Shown piece after piece: positions 30,751 to 39,777 of a stretch of DNA of 44,459 nt; within the stretch, counting starts at the first letter, position 1, and each line of letters starts with the position of its first letter. Origin of the DNA: Microcystaceae cyanobacterium (lineage in GTDB: Bacteria; Cyanobacteriota; Cyanobacteriia; Cyanobacteriales; Microcystaceae); NCBI GenBank assembly GCA_041746575.1, contig JBGTGT010000128.1, positions 1-44,459 on the forward strand. Direction: 5' to 3'. The notes under the pieces are model-generated. The model was not told where the DNA came from, did not search any database, and saw only the letters and a program-made list of their open reading frames with translations. Both the position numbers and the translations under genes were made by a program.

Positions 30751-32646
30751 TTATATCGTCGCTTTGTTATTAAGATTCAAGGGCAACGAAACTGTTACAG
30801 TTGTCCCTTCTCCCAATTTACTATCAATGAAAATGTTACCATGATGTAATTCAACACATTTTCGGACGATCACTAATCCTAGTCCTGTGCCTGATAGATT
30901 TAGTACATTCTTGCCTCGATAAAATGGCTCAAAAATTTTTTTCTGGTCATCAGAAGAAATGCCTATTCCTCTGTCTCTCACCTGAATCTTAGCGTTATTC
31001 GAGTCTTTGATTAGATGAAGATAAATTTGACTATTAAGAGGAGAGTATTTAAGAGAATTAGACAATAAATTTGTTAGAACAGATTGTAATAATTTTTTAT
31101 CAAATTTTCCTTCAATTGTAACCTCTTGATAAATAAAAATTAGATGATGTTGTTTACCAATCGTTAATTCCATTTCTGAGACAACTTGCTTTAAAAACTG
31201 ATAGAGATTTAAAGTTTCAGGATTAAATTCTAATTCATGAGAGTCAGCTCGACTAATGGTAGAGATATCATCTAATAATTGAACCATTGTTTTAATAGAA
31301 TTTTGGGTACGGTTTAAATTACGTTGACGTTTTTCTGAATCTTGCCAAGAATGGGGGGAATTTTCTAAGAGTTGAATAGAGGCTAAAGCAGTACTTAAAG
31401 GGGTACGAAATTCATGGCTAACCATAGAGAAAAAACGGCTTTTTATGGTGCTTAATTCCTTTTCTCGTTCTAAAGCCAATTTAACTTCATCTACCTCTTT
31501 TTTTTCTGTAATATCTCTCGCATTGATCACAATTTCCTGCTCTTTTGTTCCATCAATAAATTGTTGACTGACCGCTTCAAGAATACAATAAGAACCCTTT
31601 TGTTGCTGACAGCGAAATTCAATGGGCGGAAAAGATTGGGGAACTTTAAGCGATTTGATCAGCTTTGTCGTCGTATGTGCTAAATCGTCTTTATGAATGT
31701 AATCAAAAAGGTTTTTGCTGGTTAGCTCGACGGTATCATAGCCCAATGTTTTTTCAAAAGAGGGATTTTGATAATGGATCGTGCCATCAACATTAATAAT
31801 AATAATTAAGTCTAGCGCGTTTTCAATCAGTGAACGAAAGCGTTCTTCAGAGTAGCGTAAAGATTGATTAATTTGTGCTAGCTCTTCTGTTTGTTGTTGC
31901 ACGCGTTCTTCTAAACTAAGGTTAAGTTCTTGGAGTTGAGTATGAAGTTCCGATTGTTGAATAGCGATCGCAACTTGGGTTGCTAACTGTTTCACTAATT
32001 CAATTTCTAACGGTTGCCATTCTCTGGGATGATTACACTGATGCGCAATTAGAAGTCCCCACAATACCGTTTTAGAAGAAGAATTAGCGGTTAACTGATT
32101 ATTCGGAGAGACCTCACTGATTTCATTCTCTTGATGATTTCTATTAATTTCTGGTTTGCCTCTATATTCTTGAATAATAGGAACAACTAATTTAGCTTGT
32201 ACATTAAACTGTTTGACAAATTCTGCTAAACACGCTTCTACATCCTCTTGTTCAATATGTGTAATCGCTCTAATTTTACCTTCGGTATAAGCTTGATGGT
32301 ATTTAGTGGGAAAAACTTCTTCGGGGAAGGTTTCTCCCAAGATAGCGGGATATTGCGGCAATACGGTTTCTTTAATCGCTTTCCCCGTTCCGTCATTAGA
32401 AATTTGGTAAATTAAGACTCTGTCTGCTTGCAGAAATTCTCTAACCTCAGCGACGGTGGTGCTTAATACTTCTTCTAGATTGAGCGATAGACGAATATGA
32501 TGAGCAATTTGGTTAACTAATCGTTCTCTTTGAGTTTGCTGCTGTAAGAGGGCTTCTGTGCGACGACGTTGATTAATCTGTCTTTGAAGCAAATAATAAA
32601 GAACCAAAAGAGAGGATAAACTAATGCTCAAAGCAGTTAGATTCAT
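30751..32646 (-). CDS. ccaS: Green/red cyanobacteriochrome histidine kinase, CcaS-like (TM-GAF-PAS-HisKA-HATPase)
   Basis: GAF EVFP..YHQAYT.GKIRAI..IEQEDVEACLAEFVKQF with the bilin-binding Cys; H-box SHEFRTPL; GTGLGL; next to cpeR. Confidence 0.85.
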   Translation of the reverse strand: MNLTALSISLSSLLVLYYLLQRQINQRRRTEALLQQQTQRERLVNQIAHHIRLSLNLEEVLSTTVAEVREFLQADRVLIYQISNDGTGKAIKETVLPQYPAILGETFPEEVFPTKYHQAYTEGKIRAITHIEQEDVEACLAEFVKQFNVQAKLVVPIIQEYRGKPEINRNHQENEISEVSPNNQLTANSSSKTVLWGLLIAHQCNHPREWQPLEIELVKQLATQVAIAIQQSELHTQLQELNLSLEERVQQQTEELAQINQSLRYSEERFRSLIENALDLIIIINVDGTIHYQNPSFEKTLGYDTVELTSKNLFDYIHKDDLAHTTTKLIKSLKVPQSFPPIEFRCQQQKGSYCILEAVSQQFIDGTKEQEIVINARDITEKKEVDEVKLALEREKELSTIKSRFFSMVSHEFRTPLSTALASIQLLENSPHSWQDSEKRQRNLNRTQNSIKTMVQLLDDISTISRADSHELEFNPETLNLYQFLKQVVSEMELTIGKQHHLIFIYQEVTIEGKFDKKLLQSVLTNLLSNSLKYSPLNSQIYLHLIKDSNNAKIQVRDRGIGISSDDQKKIFEPFYRGKNVLNLSGTGLGLVIVRKCVELHHGNIFIDSKLGEGTTVTVSLPLNLNNKATI

Positions 32647-32865
32647 AATAGACCATCAAAAAATAAAAAATGGAGAATTTTAGCCCTTTACGATTGATTG
32701 AGTTATAAAATTAGATGATTTGAGGAAACAAGGAATACATCGAAGATGTACTTCACTCACTCGTCATTTGCTGTCAATATTTCTGACTTCTAAATTTTAC
32801 TTCAACTTCTTAATTCTTGAAGGATAAAACACCCGATGAAAATAAGGTAAGGGTAAAGTTAGAAA

Positions 32866-33171
32866 TTAGCACTGCTCATCAAATTTAGTATATTTTCCAC
32901 CGTATTTAAACCAATATTGTTTTAAATCGTGATGAGGAGTATGAAGACTGGCTCTTGCTTGATAAAGAATCACCCGTCGATGATTTCCCATCCAAATTTT
33001 TTTAGCAGGTTCGACAGAAATTAGCGTCCCCCCTAAACTGCTAACACACTCCTCAAATCGCTCCATCGCTGCATAATTGACGGTTTCAAATACAAAAAAA
33101 TTTCCCGAACAAATCAGATGGCGACTTCTGATCCAAGAACGCATTTTCTGGCGTGCAATGGGTGGTAACAT
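32866..33171 (-). CDS. cpeR: Phycoerythrin operon activator CpeR (101 aa)
   Basis: MLPP..RQKMRSWIRSRHLICSGNFFVFETV...LKQYW. Native start is probably ATG at 33171. Confidence 0.92.
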   Translation of the reverse strand: MLPPIARQKMRSWIRSRHLICSGNFFVFETVNYAAMERFEECVSSLGGTLISVEPAKKIWMGNHRRVILYQARASLHTPHHDLKQYWFKYGGKYTKFDEQC

Positions 33172-33204
33172 GTCATTCTTCTTAGCTCTGTAAAGCTTCA
33201 AAAA

Positions 33205-33276
33205 AATTCGTTGAATTTTGGCAGTCATATTAGCACCAGATACCAAATATTCAGGGGTACTCAACCGACGAGGACT
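33205..33276 (-). pseudogene. 3-prime remnant of a phycoerythrin rod linker (CpeC-like, CpcD domain)
   Basis: Translates SPRRLSTPEYLVSGANMTAKIQRI, which resembles the CpeC C-terminal motif as I recall it (SPRR.S..EY.V....MT..IQRI). No recognisable upstream linker sequence. Confidence 0.7.
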
Positions 33277-33623
33277 AACAAATAACCTTCTTCTAAACTA
33301 AAGACAAATAGGATGCGATCATTCTGCTTGACTGCTGAGCGCACGTTCGAGCAAAGGCTTAAATCAAGTTTTGTATTTATTGTGAAAAAAGAGAGATCAA
33401 TAATGGTTGAGTGTTAAATTGAATGAAATAGGGGATAGAAAAGGAAGAGATCGCTCAGCAACAATTAACTTAAAACGGGAGTTTCTGTCGGCTTTTAGCG
33501 AATAGAAAAACGCAAACGTCTGGCATTTTCTCCCATGTTTTAGTCATTTAACTGATATGATTTTCCATTTTCTCCTCCCCTAAGTTTTCCAAATGATTAC
33601 AATCAATCATCTGGAATAGATTT

Positions 33624-34841
33624 TTAGTTCAAGCTCTTAAAATTAAGAATTACTCTGTAATTTATCATAGTTCTTTGCCTAAAAAACGAAAAAATATGGA
33701 AAAGAAATCGGAAAGAAAGCAGAGGAATCTCTTTTTTGTTTCCTAAATTTCCTAAAGCAAAAGCCGCACCGCCACGGGATTTTTGAAATTGAGGGGCTTT
33801 ATTCGACAATGCTTCTATTAAAATCTCGTAGGCAGGCTCGTACTTCAGCCAACCCAACAGTTTCATAACGTGATAATGCGCACCATAATCATTATGGGCT
33901 TCTTCTTGATAAGTTGCCATCAACGCATCGGGTGTTTCCGTTGAATAGCTATCTAAAAGGGTTTTACTGGCTAAATAACAACGCCCAAAGTCAGTATGAT
34001 AGAGTTCCCGTATCAGAAAATCAAGAGTGGGTTTGTCATCATATTGATGAACTAAATTTAAGTCATCGGGATGATCGCGAATCACTTGCTCTAAATAGGG
34101 TTGAACTTCAGCAAAAGTTAGTTTTCCTTCTTTTATTCCTTTTTCTGCTAACAAATGAATGGCTCGTAGGCGAAAAACCAAGGATACAGGAGTTTTAGCA
34201 ATATCAGGGATGGCTTTGTAATAATTAGCATCAATTAGGTCTTGAATACTACCCCGTCGAGCGTTGACATTCTGACTACCCAAAAATTCGACGACGGATT
34301 GCAATCCTGCCTCATCTCCACTCAAACGAGCGATCGCTCCATAAGCCGCACTGACGATACAAGGATCTTCAGAAGTCGTAAAAGAACGAATTCTATCTAA
34401 CGCCAGACGATAATCTAATTTGGCCAAAGTTTGAATAATAATTCGATAAATTTGACCTTTTTTATCAAGAATTTTCGCAATATCCTCTAAAATTGCAGGG
34501 TCTTTTGTGCCAATTTCACCCATCGCCCAAGCCGCTAACTCAACCGTATAACAATCGGAGTCGTTTAAACAAGGACGAATTGCTTCAATTGCTGGATCAA
34601 TTTTTAATTTTCCTAAGGATTCTATCGCTTTACGCCGCGCAATACGATTATAAAGCTGATCATCGCAAGTTTCGACCGTTTCTATCAACGCTTTTATAGA
34701 GCGATCGCTATCATAATTAGCGAGATGAGCGGCTGCCACATAGCGATCCGTCGGATCTTCGAGTTGTTCTAACGGCGTTTGAAGTCGCTTAATCGCTTCG
34801 TCTTCGCTGAGGTTAAAAAGATTTAAAAAACGTTTGTCCAT
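33624..34841 (-). pseudogene. cpeY: Phycoerythrobilin lyase CpeY, C-terminally truncated
   Basis: MDKRF.NLFNLSEDEAI, RYVAAAHL, TDFGRCYLA, HNDYGAHYHVMKLLGW. HEAT pattern stops at LGNLGNKKEIPLL (~33718) and then reads through AT-rich promoter DNA. Confidence 0.8.
33664..33715 (-). promoter_or_regulatory. CcaR-type G-box direct repeat with a -10 element
   Basis: Minus strand CTTTCCGATTT-CTTTTCCATAT (33715-33694) followed by TATGAT (33669-33664). First half-site matches the recalled cpcG2 G-box CTTTCCGATTT. Confidence 0.75.
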
Positions 34842-35169
34842 GTCGTGATATCTCTAACCATAGAGGTATTTGAGGGTAACATTCCCCTTATTTTATCCTA
34901 AGGATGACGGGTCAAACCCATCTGTAAAAGTAAAAGTAGGGCAATCACTTTTTCCTTCTCGCTAGGCGAAAATCGGCTGCCGTCTGCTTTCTGCCTCACT
35001 TTATTTCTGAGCTGTAATTGCAAAACAGTAGCAAGGTTTAAGAAAAAGTGTAAAATTTTGTTGCTTTTAATATCTATCTATTGACAAATTTCCCCTTTAT
35101 CTGTCCATTTGTTATGGTACAAAGTAGGTTCTGAATTTTCGTTTAGACAAGTAGTAAGGTAGTATCGCG

Positions 35170-35349
35170 ATGGAATTTCCAATTGAGTTACCAATTGAGT
35201 TAACCGTAGAACAACAATTTAAATTGCAAGTGCTTCGTAAGCAAGTCCAGAATTTAAAGCGAGAAGAAGCGCAAGAGTACCTAATTGAAGTTTTTCGGCA
35301 AATGATGGTGAAAGATAATCTGGTACAGCACCTGATAAAGAACGCCTGA
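35170..35349 (+). CDS. nblA: Phycobilisome degradation adaptor NblA (59 aa, not in ORF track)
   Basis: Manual translation MEFPIELPIELTVEQQFKLQVLRKQVQNLKREEAQEYLIEVFRQMMVKDNLVQHLIKNA*; LT.EQQF and QMMVKDN signatures. Confidence 0.93.
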   Translation: MEFPIELPIELTVEQQFKLQVLRKQVQNLKREEAQEYLIEVFRQMMVKDNLVQHLIKNA

Positions 35350-35640
35350 AGAACTGCCAAATCAGTACGTAGCGTGAACAAGCGCGTTTCGGGAGGTTGC
35401 TGGGCATTTTATTTCGCTCATTCAATCCTAATTTAGTTCAGGTAGCAAGTCTGTGAGAACTGACTAAACTTCTAAGCCAAATTCCTATTTTAAAATGAAA
35501 CACAAGTGGTTGAACTGAGTGTGATTTAAAAATTTTTTTAAGAAACTATTCCGAACAATTTTAGGTTAATTTCAGGCCAATCTGCTGTATTGACAGGTCT
35601 GTTATGGCTGTATTCTAAATAAAGAATAAAGTTAACCTCT

Positions 35641-36609
35641 ATGTTTATGACTCCTTTTGCTCAAATGTCTATTCGAGTGCAACGTATTCAAGCGATCGGA
35701 CTTACGGTGACGGATGTTGATCGCTCCATAGACTTTTACACCAAAGCATTGGGTTTTGAAACTGTCTCCGACATTACTGTTGGAGGACAAACCGACAATC
35801 ATTTAGAAAAAAACTTAGATGCCAGAATTCGCATTGTTACCTTAAAACTTGGCGACGAACAGATCCGGTTGATGCAATATCTTCAGTCCGAAGGAAAGTC
35901 CATTCCACTGGATTCGCAAAGCAATGATTTGTGGTTTCAACATCTGGCGATCATCGTTAGTGACATGGATCGCGCTTATGCTCATCTCCAGTCGTTTCCC
36001 CTCGACCCTATTTCGACAGCCCCTCAAACGATTCCTCCAGGGAACAAAGAGGCGGCTTATGTTCAAGCCTTCAAGTTTAGAGATCCTGATCGCCATCCTT
36101 TAGAACTGATCTGGTTTCCAACCGGTAAGGGACAACAGAAGTGGCATCAGAAAAGTGACAGGCTGTTTTTGGGAATTGACCATACAGCGATCGCAATTGC
36201 CAATACTGAGCAAAGTCTCCCATTTTACCGTGATCTTTTGGGAATGCAGGTCGAGGGTGGTAGTTTCAATTGGCGAGAAACTCAAGCTCGCATGGACGAT
36301 TTACCCAATGCCAAGGTACAAATCACAGCACTCAGACCCCATCAAGGAGGACTCGGCATTGAACTGTTAGATTACATTCAACCAGCCAATGGTCGTCCTA
36401 TTCCGAGCGATCTCAATAGGGATGACGTTGCTTATGTACAAGTTGAACTGGTTGTCGAGGATCTTAAACAGGTAGTGAGTCAACTACAGCAAAGCAATAT
36501 TCCAATTGTTTCGACCCCGATCAGCGAACTTGGCGATCGCGCTCAACAGAGTTGTCTGATTAAAGATCCGACAGGACACGCTATTGCGCTAGTCACACCC
36601 AAGAATTAA
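35641..36609 (+). CDS. Two-domain VOC/glyoxalase family protein
   Basis: WFQHLAIIVSD, FRDPDRHPLEL, GIDHTAI, IKDPTGH. Start uncertain. Confidence 0.88.
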   Translation: MFMTPFAQMSIRVQRIQAIGLTVTDVDRSIDFYTKALGFETVSDITVGGQTDNHLEKNLDARIRIVTLKLGDEQIRLMQYLQSEGKSIPLDSQSNDLWFQHLAIIVSDMDRAYAHLQSFPLDPISTAPQTIPPGNKEAAYVQAFKFRDPDRHPLELIWFPTGKGQQKWHQKSDRLFLGIDHTAIAIANTEQSLPFYRDLLGMQVEGGSFNWRETQARMDDLPNAKVQITALRPHQGGLGIELLDYIQPANGRPIPSDLNRDDVAYVQVELVVEDLKQVVSQLQQSNIPIVSTPISELGDRAQQSCLIKDPTGHAIALVTPKN

Positions 36610-36627
36610 AAAGCTTAGGAGATTTTT

Positions 36628-37542
36628 ATGAGCGAGACGTTACCAAACGGGATTGAAATCTATGATGAGCGGATGCGGACACTGATTCATCCCGATGCTT
36701 TACTCCAAAAGCTCACAGATGGTGCAGTGCATAGTGAAGGACCCGTTTACTTTCACGAAGATGAGAGCGTAATCTGGAGTGATGCTCACGACAATCGCTT
36801 ACTGCGCTGGAGTACACAGAATGGGGTCAGCGTTTTACGCAATCCCTCCGATTATCAAAGTGGCAATTATCGCGACCTAGAAGGACGGTTAGTCTCTTGC
36901 TCATCGGGTCTACGTGCTATTATTCGCCAAGAGCAGGATGGACAGTGGCAGGTGTTGTGCGATCGCTATCAAGGCAAACGGTTGAATAGTCCGAATGATT
37001 TAGTCGTCAAGCGTGATGGGACAATCTGGTTTACGGATCCTCCTTATGGGATTACAGAACCCAATCAAGGATATGGCGGTCAACAAGAACAACCCGGAAG
37101 TTATGTATATCGCTTTGAGCCAGCAACGGGTGACATTAAGGCAGTGGTGACAGATATGCTGCGTCCCAATGGATTAGCCTTCAGCCCAGATGAGCAACTT
37201 CTGTATGTGTCAGATTCTTCTGCTTTCGACATTGCCGATGGCTATCACCACATTCGCGTCTATGAGGTTTTAGCCGGTCAAAATGTTACCAATGGTCGCA
37301 TATTTGCTGTGATTGATCCCGGTCAACCGGATGGCTTACGAGTCGATAAACAGGGCAACGTTTTTACCAGTTCTGAAGATAGCGTACAGGTCTATGCGCC
37401 GGATGGGACACGTATGGGCAAAATTCTCGTGCCAGAAACGGTTGCGAATCTGACTTTTGGCGGACGGGATCGCGATCGCCTGATTATTGCCGCCGGCCAT
37501 TCATTGTATGCGATCAAGCTAAACACACAGGGGGTACAGTAG
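36628..37542 (+). CDS. SMP-30/gluconolactonase family protein
   Basis: SEGPVY, LNSPNDL, WFTDPPYG, PNGLAFSPDE, PDGLRVD; AGGAG RBS. Confidence 0.92.
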   Translation: MSETLPNGIEIYDERMRTLIHPDALLQKLTDGAVHSEGPVYFHEDESVIWSDAHDNRLLRWSTQNGVSVLRNPSDYQSGNYRDLEGRLVSCSSGLRAIIRQEQDGQWQVLCDRYQGKRLNSPNDLVVKRDGTIWFTDPPYGITEPNQGYGGQQEQPGSYVYRFEPATGDIKAVVTDMLRPNGLAFSPDEQLLYVSDSSAFDIADGYHHIRVYEVLAGQNVTNGRIFAVIDPGQPDGLRVDKQGNVFTSSEDSVQVYAPDGTRMGKILVPETVANLTFGGRDRDRLIIAAGHSLYAIKLNTQGVQ

Positions 37543-37562
37543 CCTGAGTTGTCTTAGCATTC

Positions 37563-37620
37563 CCTCATTTGATAGAAGTTTTTTGGAGTTTTGTCCTCTA
37601 GAGTAGGGTCAAAATCTGCT
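37563..37620 (+). promoter_or_regulatory. Duplicated promoter-like element, copy A
   Basis: 46/58 ungapped identity with 38896-38953; contains GATAGA-22 nt-TAGAGT. Confidence 0.6.
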
Positions 37621-37747
37621 AAAAACCGAGTAAGTTATTCTCCCGATTTACGCAAAGGTCAAAAAGCCTTGGAGACAGGGGCGAATTTTGGTATTGGTGA
37701 AGGTAGGTGCGTCTGTTGCGATTAACTAACAACTATCACTCCCCATT

Positions 37748-38854
37748 ATGAATCAAATCACTGAAGCTTTGCTGACGAGTGCCGGAATTTTATGGAAGTC
37801 CTTTTGGGCGCTGGTATTTGGCTATGTTATCTCAGCCGGAATTCAAGTGCTAGTAACTCGATCTCAGATGGCCAAGGCGTTAGGTAAACGGGGTGCTAAG
37901 CGAGGTGTACTGGCAGGGTTTTTCGGGTTTATTTCATCATCTTGTTCCTTTGCTGCGCTTGCTGCTTCCCGTTCTATCCTCGTCAAAGGCGCACACCCGA
38001 TTAATGCCATTTCATTTTTGATTGCTTCAACCAACCTCGTCATTGAGTTAGGGATTGTACTTTGGGTACTGATGGGTTGGCAGTTTTTAGTGGGTAACTT
38101 CATACTAGGGACATTGATGATCGTCTACGCTTACCTCCTTACTCGCTTCTGGTTTCCTGATAAACTGGCTCAGCGCGCCCGTAAACATGCTGAAGAGCAA
38201 CAGGAAGGCATGGATCATGATCGCTCAGGCAACGGTAAAAAGACTTGGTGGGATAAGCTTACCTCACGGAAAGGGTGGCAGGCGATCGCCGATGCTTTTT
38301 TTATGGAATGGAAGATGGCATACAAAGAGATCTTGTTTGGTTTTACAATTGCCGGATTCATTTCAGTTTTTGTGCCTCAAGCGTTTTGGAATGCCCTATT
38401 TCTCAATACGGGAAGTGACACAGCATCACTTTGGGTGGTCTTAGAAAATGCGGCGATCGCGCCGATTGTTGCCTTTTTCACTTTCATCGGTTCCATGGGA
38501 AACGTCCCTTTAGCGGCGATGCTATGGGGCAATAACGCTTCGTTTGGGGGTGTTATGAGTTTTTTGGGGGCAGATTTAGTCGCTGCAACTGTCATTTACC
38601 TAAATGCCAAATACTATGGCTGGAAATATGCCCTGTATCTCTCTGGTTTGCTATATGTTTGCATGGTGGTAGCAGGTGTTTCAGTTCACGGGATTTTTGC
38701 GCTGTTGGGTATCATTCCCACTGAGCGACCTCAACTTGCTGAACTGGTACGCTTTCAAATTGATTATACGTTTTAGCTGAATATTGTCTTTGCGATTATC
38801 GGTGCGATCTTGCTATATATGCATTGGCGCAATCGTAATTCTGAAACGATGTGA
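37748..38854 (+). CDS. Permease (DUF318/ArsP-like) with an in-frame TAG at 38774-38776
   Basis: Multiple TM helices; SSCSFAA, STNLVIELG, SMGNVPLA. The frame continues past the TAG as LNIVFAIIGAILLYMHW...* to 38854. Confidence 0.8.
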
Positions 38855-38895
38855 TGGCAAGATGAGTTTAAATTACTCGAAATATTGGCACCTTA

Positions 38896-38953
38896 CCTCA
38901 TCTGATAGAGGTTCGTTCAAGTTTTGTACTCTAGACTAGGGTAGAAATTTCCT
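38896..38953 (+). promoter_or_regulatory. Duplicated promoter-like element, copy B
   Basis: CCTCATCTGATAGAGG (CCTC...GAGG dyad); GATAGA-22 nt-TAGACT; just upstream of the SDR gene. Confidence 0.6.
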
Positions 38954-38961
38954 GAGAAGCT

Positions 38962-39774
38962 ATGAGCTATTCTCCTTACTTACTCAAAAATCAAAAAGCC
39001 CTGGTGACAGGAGCGAGTTCTGGCATTGGTGAAGCCTCGGCACGCTGTTTAGCGAAGGCAGGGGCATCTGTTATTGTCAATTATCATACCGGAAAAGAAG
39101 AAGCGGAAAAGATCGTTCGCGATATTATTGCTGAGGGGGGAGAAGCGATCGCCATTGGTGCTAACGTTGCCAAAGAAGATGAAGTTAAAGCCATGTTTGC
39201 CCAAATGTTACGGGAGTTCGGCACAATCGATATTCTAGTGAACAATGCGGGAATTCAAAAAGATTCCGCCTTCGTCGATCTGACGCTCGATGATTGGAAT
39301 CTAGTAATCAACGTCAACTTGACTGGACAATTTCTCTGCGCTCGTGAAGCGGTTAAAATGTTTTTGCGTCGAGGTGTGAAACCGGATGTTTCCTGTGCCG
39401 CCGGTAAAATCATTTTTATGAGTTCGGTACATGAAGTGATTCCTTGGGCAGGACACGTCAACTACGCAACCAGTAAAGGTGGTATCGATATGCTAATGAA
39501 AAGCATGGCACAAGAACTCGCACCGCAGAAAATTCGGATTAATAGTATTGCACCGGGCGCGATCGCAACTCAAATCAATACATCAGTCTGGAGTACCCCA
39601 GAAGCACAAGCAAAATTGTTGCAACTCATTCCCTCTGGTCGAATTGGTATTCCAGAAGATATTGGGAAAGCCGTGGTTTGGCTCGCTTCAGATGATTCGG
39701 ATTACGTCAACGGTACAACGCTGTTTGTCGATGGTGGCATGACGCTGTATCCGGGATTTGCGGAAGGGGGGTAG
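38962..39774 (+). CDS. Glucose 1-dehydrogenase-like SDR
   Basis: TGASSGIG, NNAGIQ, SSVHEVIPW, YATSKGG, DGGMTLYP.F. Confidence 0.88.
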   Translation: MSYSPYLLKNQKALVTGASSGIGEASARCLAKAGASVIVNYHTGKEEAEKIVRDIIAEGGEAIAIGANVAKEDEVKAMFAQMLREFGTIDILVNNAGIQKDSAFVDLTLDDWNLVINVNLTGQFLCAREAVKMFLRRGVKPDVSCAAGKIIFMSSVHEVIPWAGHVNYATSKGGIDMLMKSMAQELAPQKIRINSIAPGAIATQINTSVWSTPEAQAKLLQLIPSGRIGIPEDIGKAVVWLASDDSDYVNGTTLFVDGGMTLYPGFAEGG

Positions 39775-39777
39775 ACG

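Noticed and set aside
33318..33360. Fragment KPLLERALSSQAE* as a possible cpeZ remnant
   Set aside because: Too short to assign, and it lies on the wrong side of the G-box for simple cpeYZ order.
35000..35169. NtcA box upstream of nblA
   Set aside because: Best candidate TGTAATTGCAAAACA does not fit GTA-N8-TAC spacing.
35112..35425. Two minus-strand ORFs (89 and 68 aa)
   Set aside because: Antisense shadows of nblA.
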